A stretch of DNA of 64,000 nucleotides from NCBI GenBank assembly GCA_037447605.1, contig CM074819.1, positions 1,386,297 to 1,450,296 of the forward strand. The letters run 5' to 3'. Shown here one piece after another: positions 1-16,610 of the stretch; the stretch's first letter is position 1, and every line of letters begins with the position of its first letter. Source of the DNA: Zygnema circumcarinatum SAG 698-1b. Taxonomy: Eukaryota; Plantae; Zygnematophyceae. A program made the translations under genes and the position numbers. The notes beneath the pieces are model-generated. The model ran no database searches, was not told the DNA's origin, and saw nothing but the letters and a program-made list of their open reading frames with translations.

Positions 1-389
1 TAGCAAAGAAAACACAGCTACATAGCTGTATACAGTTTTAGGAAGAAAAGTGTAGTAGAACACACTCTCTCCCTCTCCCTCCCTCGCCCTCTCTATCACT
101 CTCCCTCCCTTTCTCTTCCTCTCACTCACTCGCTCTCTCTCTCCTCTCTCCCTCCCTCTCTCCCCCTCTCCCCCTCTCTCTTTCTCCCTCCCTCTCACTC
201 ACTCCCTCTCTCTCCTCTCTCCCTCCCTCNNNNNNNNNNNNNNNNNNNNNCCCTCTCTCTTTCTCCCTCCCTCTCACTCACTCCCTCTCTCTCCTCTCTC
301 CCTCCCTCTCCCCCTCTCTCCCTTCTTCTTCTCCCTCCCTCTCTCTCTCCCCCCCTTCCCCCCTCTCTCTCTCACACACTATTGCTCAC

Positions 390-992
390 CCTGAGGGCCA
401 GCTGCTTGAGTCGGCTATACTTGATGAACTCGCGCATGTTGGAGAGGACGAGAATGTCGAGGGGCACAGCGGACGCCTTTCCGCCCTCCCTCACCCACGA
501 ATGAGCTGTGGGCCCATCCCCCAAAAGTCCTCCTTCAAGTCAGCATTGCCACCGACAGAAAAGGAACACAACTTTTCATCAACAGAACAAGAGGAATAAG
601 GGCTCGCTTGCATTCCCGTTTAGGTTTCTCTTTCACTGAACAATCACTTTCCTCCTCCTCTCCTAATTCAGCATAAGTTCCGGGCGTCGTCATCAGCAGC
701 ATACGTTTTTACATCCTAAGCTCACTTAACACTCAATATATTGCTTTATGTATGTACATGTATGTATATGTAGTACATAGTATATGTATATTGCTATATA
801 TATCGACGAAGTTCCACTGGAATTTGATAGCTTCTTCTTCTTAGCAGTTAACTTCTTAACATTAAGATAACTTTTACTGCTCAAAAGACATACTGTCCAT
901 TGACAACAACAACAACAACAATAACAACAACAATCTACATTTTCTGCGACGCATCAAAGTGGAAATTGATTCATCATTGTTAATATGCATAT

Positions 993-1046
<54 letters not shown>

Positions 1047-2885
1047 GCATGACTTGTCCACATGAAGAGAGTCGTACACAGTGCTTGAGCCGCAGTGAGA
1101 CGAGCGCGAGGGTCCTTCTTAAGGAGCCGCTTCACAAAGTCCTTTGCGGCGGAGCTGATGCCCGGCCATGGCTTCTCTTTGAAGTCCGGCTTCTTCTTCA
1201 GAACCTGAAAGTTGCAGTATGGGGCCCCATGTTTGCTCCACATCAATGGACTCATCACACTTCTGACTGAATTAGCATGTGAAGGTTTGTGGGTGGAGAG
1301 TACTACAACCACATGGGTGCATATCAGACTCAAAACCCAAACACTTGTTCCAGAAAACGTTTAGATTGACAGAAACAAGCACTACTGTGCAAAGCATATA
1401 AATGATTTTCATGAAGTTGCATAAGAACGATGAAACAGACAAACAATCCCATACACCATCCAGAATCCTTGCAACCTTTCTGTATCGTAACAACTACCCA
1501 ACTAATCAGTTTCCTCCCGCAATTCGTGATCATTTCTCCAGTACATTCTCACTAACTTTTCAGTACTTTCCCATATGCCTTCCCTTTGTCCATTCCCAAA
1601 GCCCACCTCATTGAAGATTCCTGCCTCTGTCTTATCCCAGAAGGGGCGCCCCCCGTAATCAGTTTTCTCCCGCAATTCTTCACCATTTCTCCAGTACATT
1701 CTCACTATCATTTCAGTACTTTCCCATATGCCTTCCCTTTGCCCATTCCCAAAGCCCACCTCATTGAAGATTCCGGCCTCTGTCTTATCCCAGAAGGGTC
1801 TCCTCCCGCAGAGGAGGATGTAGGTGATGACTCCAACGCTCCATACATCAGACTCAGGGCCGGACTTCCTCTTCAGCACCTCCGGAGCGACATAATATGC
1901 GGAGCCCACCACATCAGTAAACCTCTTTCCTGCAAAAAATAGACATAGAAGAAAAGTGAGGCATAAGACATAAGACATTAGAATTTATCTTCATGGTTCT
2001 GTTTCTATGCTATTCATAATAAACAATATTTGACCTTTAATAAAAATGACCGATTTCAAGTTACAATTCGTGGGGTAAGCGCTGCAAGTGGAATAATGTT
2101 GGTCCTTCGTGAACAAATATACAAGGAATCAAGAAGCCATAAGAAAAAACGAAAAAAATCTGCAATTTGTTAGACCTCAATGCACTCTCACAGAGCATGC
2201 GAGCATCTGAGCTGTTTCGTCGGATTCATGTCATAACAAATACATCATGTCATACAATAATTCATGAAAAAACCTGGTTTGCGGAAGTCGGAGAGGCCAA
2301 AATCAGTCGCTTTCAGTGCGGAATCATCGTCCTTGGACTTGAACAGAAAATTCTACACAAGATCGAGAAGGAAAGTGAGAGAGAGTGAGAGAACGAAAGA
2401 GAGAGGGAGAGAGAGAGAGAAAAATACCCGGAACGCGAAACTGGCGTTCAGACATTTGAGCATTTCCGGTCAACCTCTACCCAAGTCAGAACTGTGGGCT
2501 TCTGACCATACTTGCCTTAAAACCCTCTTCCCTTACATACATACATATACATATCAACTGAAGCCGGTCTTAGCAATCTAAAGCGAATGCTGGGCTACAG
2601 AAAAACAACCCCTACAAATCCAAAAAACCCTAAATACCCAATTGGGAGCATTTCATTGTTTATTTTCTTTTTATCTTTTATTTTTTTTTATCTTTTATTT
2701 TTTTACCTCCGGCTTGAGGTCTCTGTGCACCACGCCCTTGAGGTGGCAGAGCGCGACAACGCTCAACATCTGACGGACCACAGCGGCCGCATCCTGCTCC
2801 GAATACCGGCTGTCCTTCCTGCAAAAAGGCAGCAGAAAAAACGAACGAGAGAGAGATTGAGAGAGATTGAGAGAGAGAGAAAGAG

Positions 2886-2929
<44 letters not shown>

Positions 2930-4908
2930 GGGGGGGCGCAGTGTCTACTAAGCTTATCTTCCTCCGCTCGCCTCATTCAAGATCCATGACGTATGTGAAG
3001 GGAGAAGGAAAGGAAGATTGTTGGACAGAGATGCACAGTCAAGCGCGGGATGGAATCTCTTACTTTGACAAAATGCGATCGAGGAGCTCTCCTCCCTCGC
3101 ACACTCTGCATCAGCCCACGGAATATTTCTGTTCAATAAAGCTTTCCCATATTTCTAAAGCATCCTGTTGAGCACCTGAAATGGAATCAGAAATGGGCCA
3201 GTTGCTTCTTTCACTTACTGGTTTCCAAAGAACCCTCAACTGCACATGTGAGCACAAGCAGGAATGCTCAACTCCGTAATGCTCAGTTCAGAAGTGCTCA
3301 GTTGAGAAGTAACAGCTCACAGATGCCATGACTAACTAGTCGAAATAAAAGAGGCAATTTTCCTTTCTGTAGAAGTACAATGACCGTCGGTATTCCCAAT
3401 GATGGAATGGCTTCAAATACACTGATGGTAAAAACACACCTGATAGATAACTAAGTGCAAATCTCATCGAAATATTCCCTACATCACGGTAACCCGACGC
3501 AGAATATTGCCCCACAATAAGGAAAACAAATGAAGAATTTACCACTTCGAAGAGAAGTGAACCATCTACGATTGTGAAAAGTTGTTGCCTGAAACTTATA
3601 TATTTTCTTTGTCAAGGAAAGGATTAGAACAATACTTGACCCCCTGCCTCTCCATTTCAAGCCAAGTCGAAGCTAGTGCTTGGCAACATGAAGGAATAGT
3701 TTTCGCACTTCAGCTTGCACTTGACTTCATAATGCAATGCAGAACACAAGGTGTTACAGGAGCTGAGTCTCAGGCGAAAAGGGAGAGGCATACTCCATGA
3801 CAATGTACACAAGCTCGTCATCTTCAAACACGTCCTTGAATTGCACAACGTTGGGATGGCCGGAAAGCAACTGCAAAATGGCCACTTCTCGACGGACATC
3901 GTCCACTGCGATAGGCATCTTCATCTGCAGGATTTCACCTTCCACGTGAATGGTCAAAGAGGTTCAGAAACTGACAAGCTTCCTACTTGGTTCAGACGAC
4001 TTCAAATGGCTTCAAAACTTGCGTCAACTGCGAACTAGTGGCTGAAGCAGAATGCACTTGCAATGATCAAGAAGAAGATACACCTTTAAAAGGCAATTTC
4101 TTAGTTCCCTGGAGTTTCCGAAAGAACAACAACCATGTTTTGCAAGTTACAAAAGTTTGTCTTTGAGCAAAATGATGTGCTGACCACATGGATACAAGTG
4201 AAGAAGTGCCAAGTGAGTCAGTGAACTAACCACAACACTAAACCATTCATTGGTTAAAGATTTCCTAAAAGTTTTGTGGAGAAGCCATCTAAAAGGCTAA
4301 AAGTCAATACAAGCAGATGTGAAAGTTTCAAACATGAACATTCCTCTCAGAGTGTCAGTCCTGCCTGACACTTCTATCATACAAAAAAATCTCAGCCTTC
4401 ATTTCATACTCCACTATTCCTTTTTCCACATTTGGCGTTTGAACAAAACATCTTCAAGCGGACCCGCACTAGGCCCACGAGCCTCTTCACTCACCTGCTT
4501 CTTCTGAATGGTCTTGCAAGCCAGTTTCTCGCCTGTAACCTTATGTGTTGAATTGTAAGTAGTCCCGAACTGCCCGTGCCCGAGCTCCTTCCCAAGCGTA
4601 TAATGCTCGTGAAAATCCCTTGCATATCCGAAATCTGTCCGGAGTCCTAAAGGCGTGTTCAAGTCATGCTTTCTTGCTTGATTTTGGTTTGGAGAATGGG
4701 GGGGATGCACTGCTGCTGCAGTGTGCAGATGCTGCGCCGGAGAATGGGAATGCGTAGTAGGAGCATGGGATTGATTAGTTTTCTGAGGTGCCGGAGGCGG
4801 TGCACTGGCTCCTGTTCCATTTGCAGGATTAGCAGGAGGATTCTGCGTTTCAGCGGTAGCAAGCACTCCCTCTATAGAACCCCGCGGAGAAGATACGCAT
4901 TGCCCCAT
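390..4908 (-). CDS. CPK: Calcium-dependent protein kinase, group IV (CPK16/18/28-like); 3' exons (EF hands) lie outside the window
   Basis: Exons 4495-4908, 3794-3924, 3064-3105, 2707-2818, 2274-2352, 1760-1929, 1078-1204, 390-505 join in frame with GT-AG borders. Motifs: MGQC N-terminus (myristoylation/palmitoylation type), [41 protein letters not shown], junction domain [11 protein letters not shown]. Confidence 0.95.
994..1045. repeat. (CAA)n microsatellite in CDPK intron
   Basis: About 17 perfect CAA units; a shorter run at 903-932. Confidence 0.95.
1502..1807. repeat. 153-bp tandem duplication spanning the end of a CDPK exon and its 5' splice donor
   Basis: Two near-identical units with offset 153. 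Donor GAG|GTGGGC is present at 1759 and again at 1606. Confidence 0.9.
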
Positions 4909-5399
4909 TTGCAGCCAGTAAAGTATGCTATCTGATATTATTTTCACTGAAGTGTAATAGATCACTAAAGGTTGAGCTCGCCGGATGACCAGGTGAATGC
5001 CGGCTTTCTTCCACACCACACCAAGCAAACAGCCGGAAGGAATGAACCAGACTGACTGGAGCAGGCCTGATCAAGCCACATCACATTGTCTTGCTCCTTA
5101 TTCCCTCTCCTTAATCAAGAACGCTAAAGGCATGAAGGCATTCTGCCAAGAGTCCCTGAATGCTTGAACAGCAAACGAGCAGTTTAAATGCATCAAGAAG
5201 TCGCAGGGGAAGGCGGAGACGACTCCAGCAAGTGATATCCTGAGCGAGCTTCACATGAGGTCAGCCAAAGAAGCTGCGAAGCTGAGAAAAGCTTTCAGGC
5301 GGGAGCCATGGCTGCCGGTCAAGCGCAAGAGCGGGGGGTGAGCTTCCACGAAGCTACAACGACAGCCCACTTTCTCGGCTCTGCTCGCGGAGAATACGT

Positions 5400-5595
5400 T
5401 TGGCAATCGTTGGCACTTTGGCAGCCAACGACTGGTTGAGTCTCGAACCAATCGTTCGCAACAATTTCAACGGTTCGTTGGCAATGGTTGGCAACAGAGA
5501 ATCCAGCAATTAGACGGCCAACCATTGCTATCCAATGGTTGCGACCATTTCCAATGGTTGCAACCATTGCTTCCAATGTCTCGATTCTCGAACCA
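5400..5595. repeat. Degenerate remnant of the CAACCA/TGGTTG repeat family seen at 13.8-14.9 kb; host of the MULE insertion
   Basis: Repeated caatggttggcaac/gcaaccattg motifs continue on the far side of the MULE (6559-6570). Confidence 0.55.
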
Positions 5596-5604
5596 TTTGT
5601 AAAT

Positions 5605-6549
5605 GGGTAGTGATATTTCCACCCCTTTTTTGGATCCAAACACCCCTTCCCGGCCGGGCAGATGTCAAAAAGGATTAAAAGCGGAAAATGGCTTTTTCAC
5701 ACCTTTTTGGAATCGATACCACCCTCCATCGGCAGATTTATTGCTGCGAAACAAGGAAAATGATAACCCATCACCCCATTTGAATATCCCGCTTACCTGA
5801 ATTTTTTTTCACGCGTGCGGTCAATCGCAGCCGTCGATTCCCTCGCAGATCGCAACACGGCAGATTACTATTTGATCGGCAGCCGGGCTCGGTCACAGCG
5901 CGGGGCACCTGCCCACGTATCCCGCCAAAGTCGTCTCAAAAGTTTGTCCGTACAAATGGCGTACGATCGCAATGTGAGGAACCCAAAATTTTGTACATTG
6001 AGATCTTGAACCAATCATAATTTTCCACGTCAAAAATGAAACACGTGGCAGATGTTGATTGGCTGCGAGCTAAAATTGACGAGATCTCGGGCCGAGGGAC
6101 GCGCGCACTCGCACTTGCGATTTGGCTTTGACGGGACTCGTGGGCGCTTTCCATTCGCTAAGATCGAGCCCGGCTGCAGATCGAACGGTGATTTGCAGTG
6201 GTGCGATCTGCGAGGGAATCGACAGCTGCGATTGACACACACGTGTGAAGGACGGACACCCGCGAACGATCTTGTGGCGGACGGATCTTCCGCTCCGAGC
6301 GGATTCGGGCAGGCAGATAATTCTTTCCCTCAAAAAAAAAATTCAGGGAGGCGGGATACAGTATTCAAAATGCGGTGACGTGGTATCATTTCCCTTGGTT
6401 AGAAAAAATAAAATCAGCCGACGGAAGAAGGTAGGTATCGATTCCAAAAAGGTGTGAAAAAAGCATTTTCTGTTTTTAATCCCTTCTGAAATCTGCCCGG
6501 CCGGGAAGGGGTGTTTGGATCCAAAAAAGGGGTGGAAATATCACTACCC
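5605..6549. mobile_element. Non-autonomous Mutator-like (MULE) foldback element
   Basis: 59-bp perfect terminal inverted repeats starting GGGTAGTGAT, extending imperfectly to about 190 bp. 9-bp TSD TTTGTAAAT at 5596-5604 and 6550-6558. Further internal inverted segments (5835-5855 vs 6202-6222). No transposase ORF. Confidence 0.92.
6011..6062. promoter_or_regulatory. Inverted pair of perfect CCAAT-N9-CCACG (ERSE-type) motifs
   Basis: CCAAT 6011-6015 + 9 nt + CCACG 6025-6029; CGTGG 6044-6048 + 9 nt + ATTGG 6058-6062. The sequence match is exact; function is inferred. Confidence 0.55.
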
Positions 6550-7192
6550 TTTGTAAATCAATGGTTGCAGGGGTTTGCCACGTTGGTATCGTACCTGGTA
6601 TCGTATCGTGGCATCCTCTCATTGGTCCGGAGTCGTGAGTGACCGGACCGCCGGTCACCGCGCGTAACGCGCCAGCGTGGCCACGATGCCAGGTGTCGGT
6701 CGCCTGTTGACCCTGGATTTTCCGGCAAGCCAATCACAGTCGGCGCTCTGCCGGCAGCCGGCTCTGCGTCGGTACGAACTGTACGGTTTGTAATGAAAAT
6801 GCCGGCAGCCGTACAGAATGGCCGGTGGGCGGTGGCATCATGTCGCCTGGCAACTGACAGTACCAACCAGGCTTCGACCAACCGTTGGCTAGTTGGGCAC
6901 ATGCACTTCCGTTCCGTGAAATCAAACGCGAATTCGGAGGCGAAATTACTATGGACCGATAGTTAATTCCAGGCTCCCAACGGTTATTCGACGTGTCGAG
7001 CTCTGATTGGTATGTTTGGATCCTCTACATTATTCCATCATCATGCATGTGTTGTGTTGTGTTGTGATGTGATGTGGTGTTGTGGGGCCTCTAGACAGGA
7101 CTTGTCACCTCACAGTTGCATGCGACTAGCACAACACATTGTACATCTCACTAAACACCCGGATTTTCAGGGTTTTTTTTTGGAGAATGATA

Positions 7193-7892
7193 CTGCACCC
7201 CCTTATTTTGGTTATTACACCCCCCCCCCCTTGTGAAAATTTTGCCTGCCCATTTTGGTTATCCCACCCCCTGTTTTGGATATTTCACCCCCCTTCTTTT
7301 GGATATTCCACCAACCGAACCCGTCGAACCACCGCAGTCGCAGAACCCCCACCCGGTTATGAAGAAACGAGGTCGACCTACTATCGCGTGCAGTTTAGCA
7401 ATCAATCGGGACAAGAGCATTTTTGAGTACGCTGAGGGGATCAAATGTTCCAATTGCAAGCAACCAGGCCACAACAAGAACTTGCCTTAATTAGGGGGTC
7501 TACAATCCTAACCTGAAAACAGAGGGTAACGGTTGCCCCACATCGGTGACCTTTGCGACAGCTTTTAGGGCTGCATTTTTGCGAGGCTTAGTTTAGTTTA
7601 TTTTTTTTCTTGTTTTTTGCTCCTAGTTTTTTTATTTTATGCTTAGGTCCTTTGCGACCAGTTTCTTGTGGTTCCACATGTTGACTTCGTCCATGTTCAT
7701 TTGATGGCCTCACCATCTTGAGACCAATGCAAATCTCCTTTTCTTTTGTTGCACAATGTTGGAAGTCAGCAGTGAAAGGGGTGGGATATCCAAAACAGGG
7801 GATGGGATATCCAAAACAGGGGGTGGAATAACCGAAATGGGCAAACAAATTTTTCAAAAAGGGGGATGTAATAACCAAAATAGGGGGTGCAG
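7193..7892. mobile_element. MITE with TA target duplication (Tc1/mariner-type), family copy 1
   Basis: TIR CTGCACCCCC(T)TATTTTGGTTATTACA at both ends, flanked by TA. Subterminal TTTTGG(A/T)TAT-CCCC repeats. Homologous to 42510-42988. Confidence 0.8.
7320..7490 (+). pseudogene. Fragment resembling a MULE transposase C-terminus (KKRGRP ... zinc knuckle)
   Basis: Translates PPQSQNPHPVMKKRGRP...KCSNCKQPGHNK, the CxxCxxxGHN knuckle that typically follows the SWIM finger in plant MuDR transposases. No other transposase part is present. Confidence 0.5.
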
Positions 7893-8911
7893 TATCATAT
7901 TCCTTTTTTTTTTACTTTCAGGCTTTCTAGGGGGTTTTAAGTACAGATGACCTGGACAATGTTCGAAGCTGAACACAGGTTCCTCCCTCTATTGAAAAGC
8001 TGTTTTGGTAAACTAAGCACCAGCACGCTCCGCCCCTCTCTCTGCTCCTCCCCTCACACCCCTTCTTATGGCACTCCCGCAGCCATGGAACCAAATCCCG
8101 AACATGCAAAGTCTCACCCGGCGGATTGTAACTTTCCACAACAGCACATCGATCAACATACATACAAGCTTCTAATAAAAGAAGAAAATAAACGAACTTG
8201 TTTGTAAAATTGTTGAATCCAACGGGAAGAGTCATACGGGTCCCTTTTTATGGAAAGGACACATATTACCATCAGCTTTTCGGACACAGACTGATCCAGC
8301 CCACTGAATACATTGCAAAATGCGTCTCCACAACTTACACGGCATAGTGACTAATGACTACCGACTGATGACTAATTGCCAAATGACTAATGCTGTTCAC
8401 CTCACTTCTCGAAATCTCACACACTGTTCAATTCAACCGTCGAGTATTCCGCAGATCAAAAAAGGTCCTGTCCCTCCGGAGGGCCCATTTGCAGCGAACC
8501 CTCTGACAAGATCCCTCCCTATCTCGCCACCTCTCTACATTCACCTCTCTTTATACAAATGTACAGTTCTTATTCGCGACTCTCTAAAGTGCCCCACTTG
8601 GTGTGGCGATTGAATGACGGAATGTGCACTCCCTAAGAAAAAGGAGACTAAAGCGGGGGAGGGGGAAAGGGGGTGAAACTTCTAAGGCTTCTCTCCAGCT
8701 GACAAGAAGAAAATAATGTGACAAAGTAGACGTAACAATGCCCTCCCCCCACCCACCCTTCCCCCACCCTTTACCACCCGCTCACTCCCACTTCCACCAT
8801 CTCCCTCCCTTTACTACCCTCGACCACCCTCTCTCTCCCCTCCCACCCTCGTCCTGCCTCTCCACCCTCCCTCTCCCGCCTCCCTCTTTCTACCACTCTC
8901 TCTCCCTACCT

Positions 8912-13449
<4,538 letters not shown>

Positions 13450-13779
13450 TTGGAGTTTATGTCTACGTTTCTGAGGAGAGGGAGCGAATCTGAGATGAGC
13501 GGGAAAAAGCGGGAGGGCGAGACGAAAGGGAGAAGCGCGACGGTTTGATGAAGAGAGGGAGAGAGAGAGGGGGTTGGATGGAGTCAGCCATGCGGACATG
13601 CAGGATTGGAAGGGAAGGGATGCAAGCGCATAGGTGGGGATGCTTCCAGAGAGAGAGAGAGAGAGAGAGCCTGCAGGAGAGAGTCTACAGTATATATTAC
13701 TTCTATAATTTTATGGCTTTGGGAGAGAAAGAGACGAGAGAGGAGAGGAGAGCAGGAGGGGAATGAAGCCAAACAGCTG

Positions 13780-13922
13780 CACAGGTCGGACCACTAGACC
13801 AACCATTCGACTGGTTGCCAACCATTGGCGTCGGACCAAAACAACCATTTGAATGGTGTGCCAATGGTTGGCAACCATTCGACTGGCTGCCAACCATTGG
13901 ACGTCCAACCATTGCCATCCGA
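13780..13922. mobile_element. Truncated copy (left end) of the CACAG-TIR element family
   Basis: Begins CACAGGTCGGACCA, matching the TIR of 14046-14938, followed by the same subterminal repeats. No matching right end or TSD found. Confidence 0.55.
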
Positions 13923-14045
13923 CTTTATTGAGGGGAAAGACGACTTCATTGGAAGGTCCAAGAGAGCTCCAAGGTTCCACTTTTCCGGATTAAGGGGAGG
14001 AAATAAAAATCCACCAGCGAGAATCAACAAAGTGGTACAAAAATG

Positions 14046-14938
14046 CACAGTTCGGACCAGTGGATCGGCAACCATTGGACAACCATTGGATGGCAATGGT
14101 TGGACGTCTACTGGTCGGCAACCAGTCGACTGGTTCGGAACCAGTGGATGCCACTGGTTGGCAACCAGTCGAATGGTTGTTTCGATCCGGCGGCACTGGT
14201 TGGCAACCATTCGACTGGTTGTGAACCAGTGGCATCCACTGGTTCACAACCAGTCGAATGGTTGTTTCGATCCGGCGGCACTGGTTGGCAACCAGTCGAC
14301 TGGTTGTGAACCAGTGGCATCCACTGGTTGGCAACCAGTCGAATGGTTGTTTCGATCCGGCAGCACTGGTTGGCAACCAGTCGAATGGTTATATCCATTA
14401 AATCAAATGGTTGGCAACCATTAAATTGTCGGTGTACGGATCCCCGTATTGTCGATATACTGTAAATATTTTCCGTACGATTTTTCCGGCAATTTAAAAA
14501 AAAATGCCGCAAAATCGTACGGACAATATTTACAGTATATCGACAATACGGGGATCCGTACACCGACAATTTAATGGTTGCCAACCATTGGATCACTGGT
14601 TCCGAACCAGTCGAATGGTTGTTTCAGTCCTGCGCCACTGGTTGGCAACCAGTCGAATGGTTGTTTCGGTCCGCAACCACTGGTTGGCAACCAGTCGACT
14701 GGTTGCGAACCAGTGGATGCCACTGGTTGGCAACCAGTCGAATGGTTGTTTCGATCCGCAACCACTGGTTGGCAACCAGTCGAATGGTTTGGAACCAGTT
14801 GATGCCACTGGTTGGCAACCAGTCGACTGGTTTGGAACCAGTGGCATCCACTGGTTGGCAACCAGTCGAATGGTTGTTTCGGTCCGCAACCACTGGTTGC
14901 CAACCAGTCGACTGGTTTGTCTAATGGTCCGATCTGTG
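14046..14938. mobile_element. Non-autonomous TIR element with 8-bp TSD (hAT-like by TSD length), built of tandem quasi-palindromic repeats
   Basis: TIR CACAGTTCGGACCA / TGGTCCGATCTGTG (13/14). TSD CAAAAATG at 14038-14045 and 14939-14946. Interior of GGCAACCAGTCGA(A/C)TGGTT repeats around a central hairpin. Confidence 0.82.
14406..14589. other. Near-perfect hairpin (about 79-bp arms, 1 mismatch, about 26-nt loop)
   Basis: 14406-14484 is the reverse complement of 14511-14589 except for one position. Confidence 0.9.
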
Positions 14939-15397
14939 CAAAAATGCCTAAGAGTAGAGGTTGGAATCCGGCAGCATCATAAGATCAAGACAGTCTCCAG
15001 AGTCCACAACCAGAAATCCAGAGTGGATCCGATGTGGAATCATGGAGCGGTCCGAAACCTAATGGGTAAACTGCACTTCCGTTCAATCCTCAACACGTGG
15101 CGCTTTTTGTGTGCCTTCTGCCGTCCCCTTCAGAACTGCCACGTGGCTGCGCCATTGAAAGGTGAGGTGTGGGGTTTGTAGGGTTAAGGTTTTAGGGTTG
15201 AGATGAGGCAGAGCAAAGAGTGGTTCTAACGAAGCAATATTTATATTATCGACGTGTGTTTCCTTCTTTTCTTTACTGTAATTTGAGTTTTTTTGGAAAT
15301 TTTAAAGCATTTTTTAATGTTTAATAATGGGGTTGGGCCAAAATCCAGAGCAGCTTGCATAGAAAGTGGAGAGAAATAGCCGTCTTCAAGCCACAGG

Positions 15398-16610
15398 ATG
15401 CCTCCGAAAAGGATCCCTCTTATAAGGTTTCCGGATCGACGAGGGGCTCCACACTCTCAAGGTAATTGAGCCCTTTTTTCTCTTTTGCCTCAATACTAGA
15501 TTGTCTTGAAGTGAGGAATTCAGCTGTGTTTTTTTTTGCTAAATAGTTTCCCTTCCCAACCATCCCGTTCCCCTCCCTGCCCTCCTCCTTCTCCAAACCT
15601 CCCTACCTCCCCCCCGTTCACTCCTACCCCCCTATTTTCCCTCCTCTTCTTCGCTTCCCCTCCCTCCTCTCCTCTTTCCCGTTGCCGTTCTCTGCCACTC
15701 ACCCCCTACCCCCTCTCTCCTCCCTCTCTCGCTCTCGCCCCTCTCATACATACGAGCTCCTCTCTCTCATTCTCTCCCTCCCTCCAACAAACGCACTCAC
15801 GTAGGATCTTTCTGTACTGAAGCAGCAAGAGCATCCCATCCCACCCCTTCGCCCCCCCCTCCCCACTCGCCCTACACAAAAGTTGTACGTAGGCATTTTA
15901 TAAAGTAAAGATATACGCAATTCCTCGGTTTCTTGATCAGAAAACTAGTTCTCAATCGATTAACATGATGAGCCATCACCTTTCATCTCTTCCTTCACAT
16001 TTCTTAATGTTACAATTTTGCACAAGTGCAGGGCACCCGCCAGCAGCCCCACCTCCGCCTTCCTCTCCCTCTCCTCCCCCTCCCCCTCCCCCTCCCAGCA
16101 GCTCTGCAGGGAGTCCCCTCCTGCAGATGAAGTCCCACCAAACAAACGACATTCTTCCCTCTCCCGATAGCCAGCGGCCGGGGGGGCCGGCCAGCATGCA
16201 GCCCACGAGGCCGGGCCTCTCTGAGAGGGAGATTGAAGCCATCATGGTGAGGAAGAACACCACCCCTTTGACCTAACTCGTGAGAAAAAGGGAAATGATG
16301 TGGCATTGATCTCACGATGGCGATGCCCTACATGGACAAAAATCATCATGGGGAACCACGAGGAAACTGGTCACAGAGGACCTTATGACAGTAGAAACTC
16401 GTGAGTGTTTCTAGAAAGGCGAAACATGCTATATTTTAGTTCTTTAGTAGGAAGTTCCTCTATAGCTTCTGTCTTTTGAAGGATTTTTTATCCTTTCTTC
16501 TCGGGTCACACTGCTGTCTCTATATTTGCAGATTGCATAGACATGAAGATCTGATATAAATGTCTGTGTTCCGCGGATTGTTGCAGTTGGGGGGCGCTCC
16601 TATCTCTTGA
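15398..16610 (+). CDS. KGD4: KGD4/MRPS36-like small protein (2-oxoglutarate dehydrogenase adaptor family)
   Basis: Exons 15398-15461, 16032-16246, 16587-16610 join in frame: MPPKRIPLIRFPDRR...Pro/Ser linker...LSEREIEAIMLGGAPIS*. The N-terminal PLIRFPDRR and C-terminal S-x-x-E-I/M-E-x-I-x-x-GG helix match the two conserved blocks I recall for MRPS36/Kgd4. Confidence 0.8.

Noticed and set aside
7535-7550. USE-like CCCACATCG (snRNA/telomerase RNA promoter)
   Set aside because: Inside a MITE, with no TATA at the right spacing and no snRNA-like sequence downstream.
13794-14924. Many overlapping ORFs and a CRISPR-like look
   Set aside because: Products of stop-poor palindromic repeats inside a TIR element; no unique spacers.
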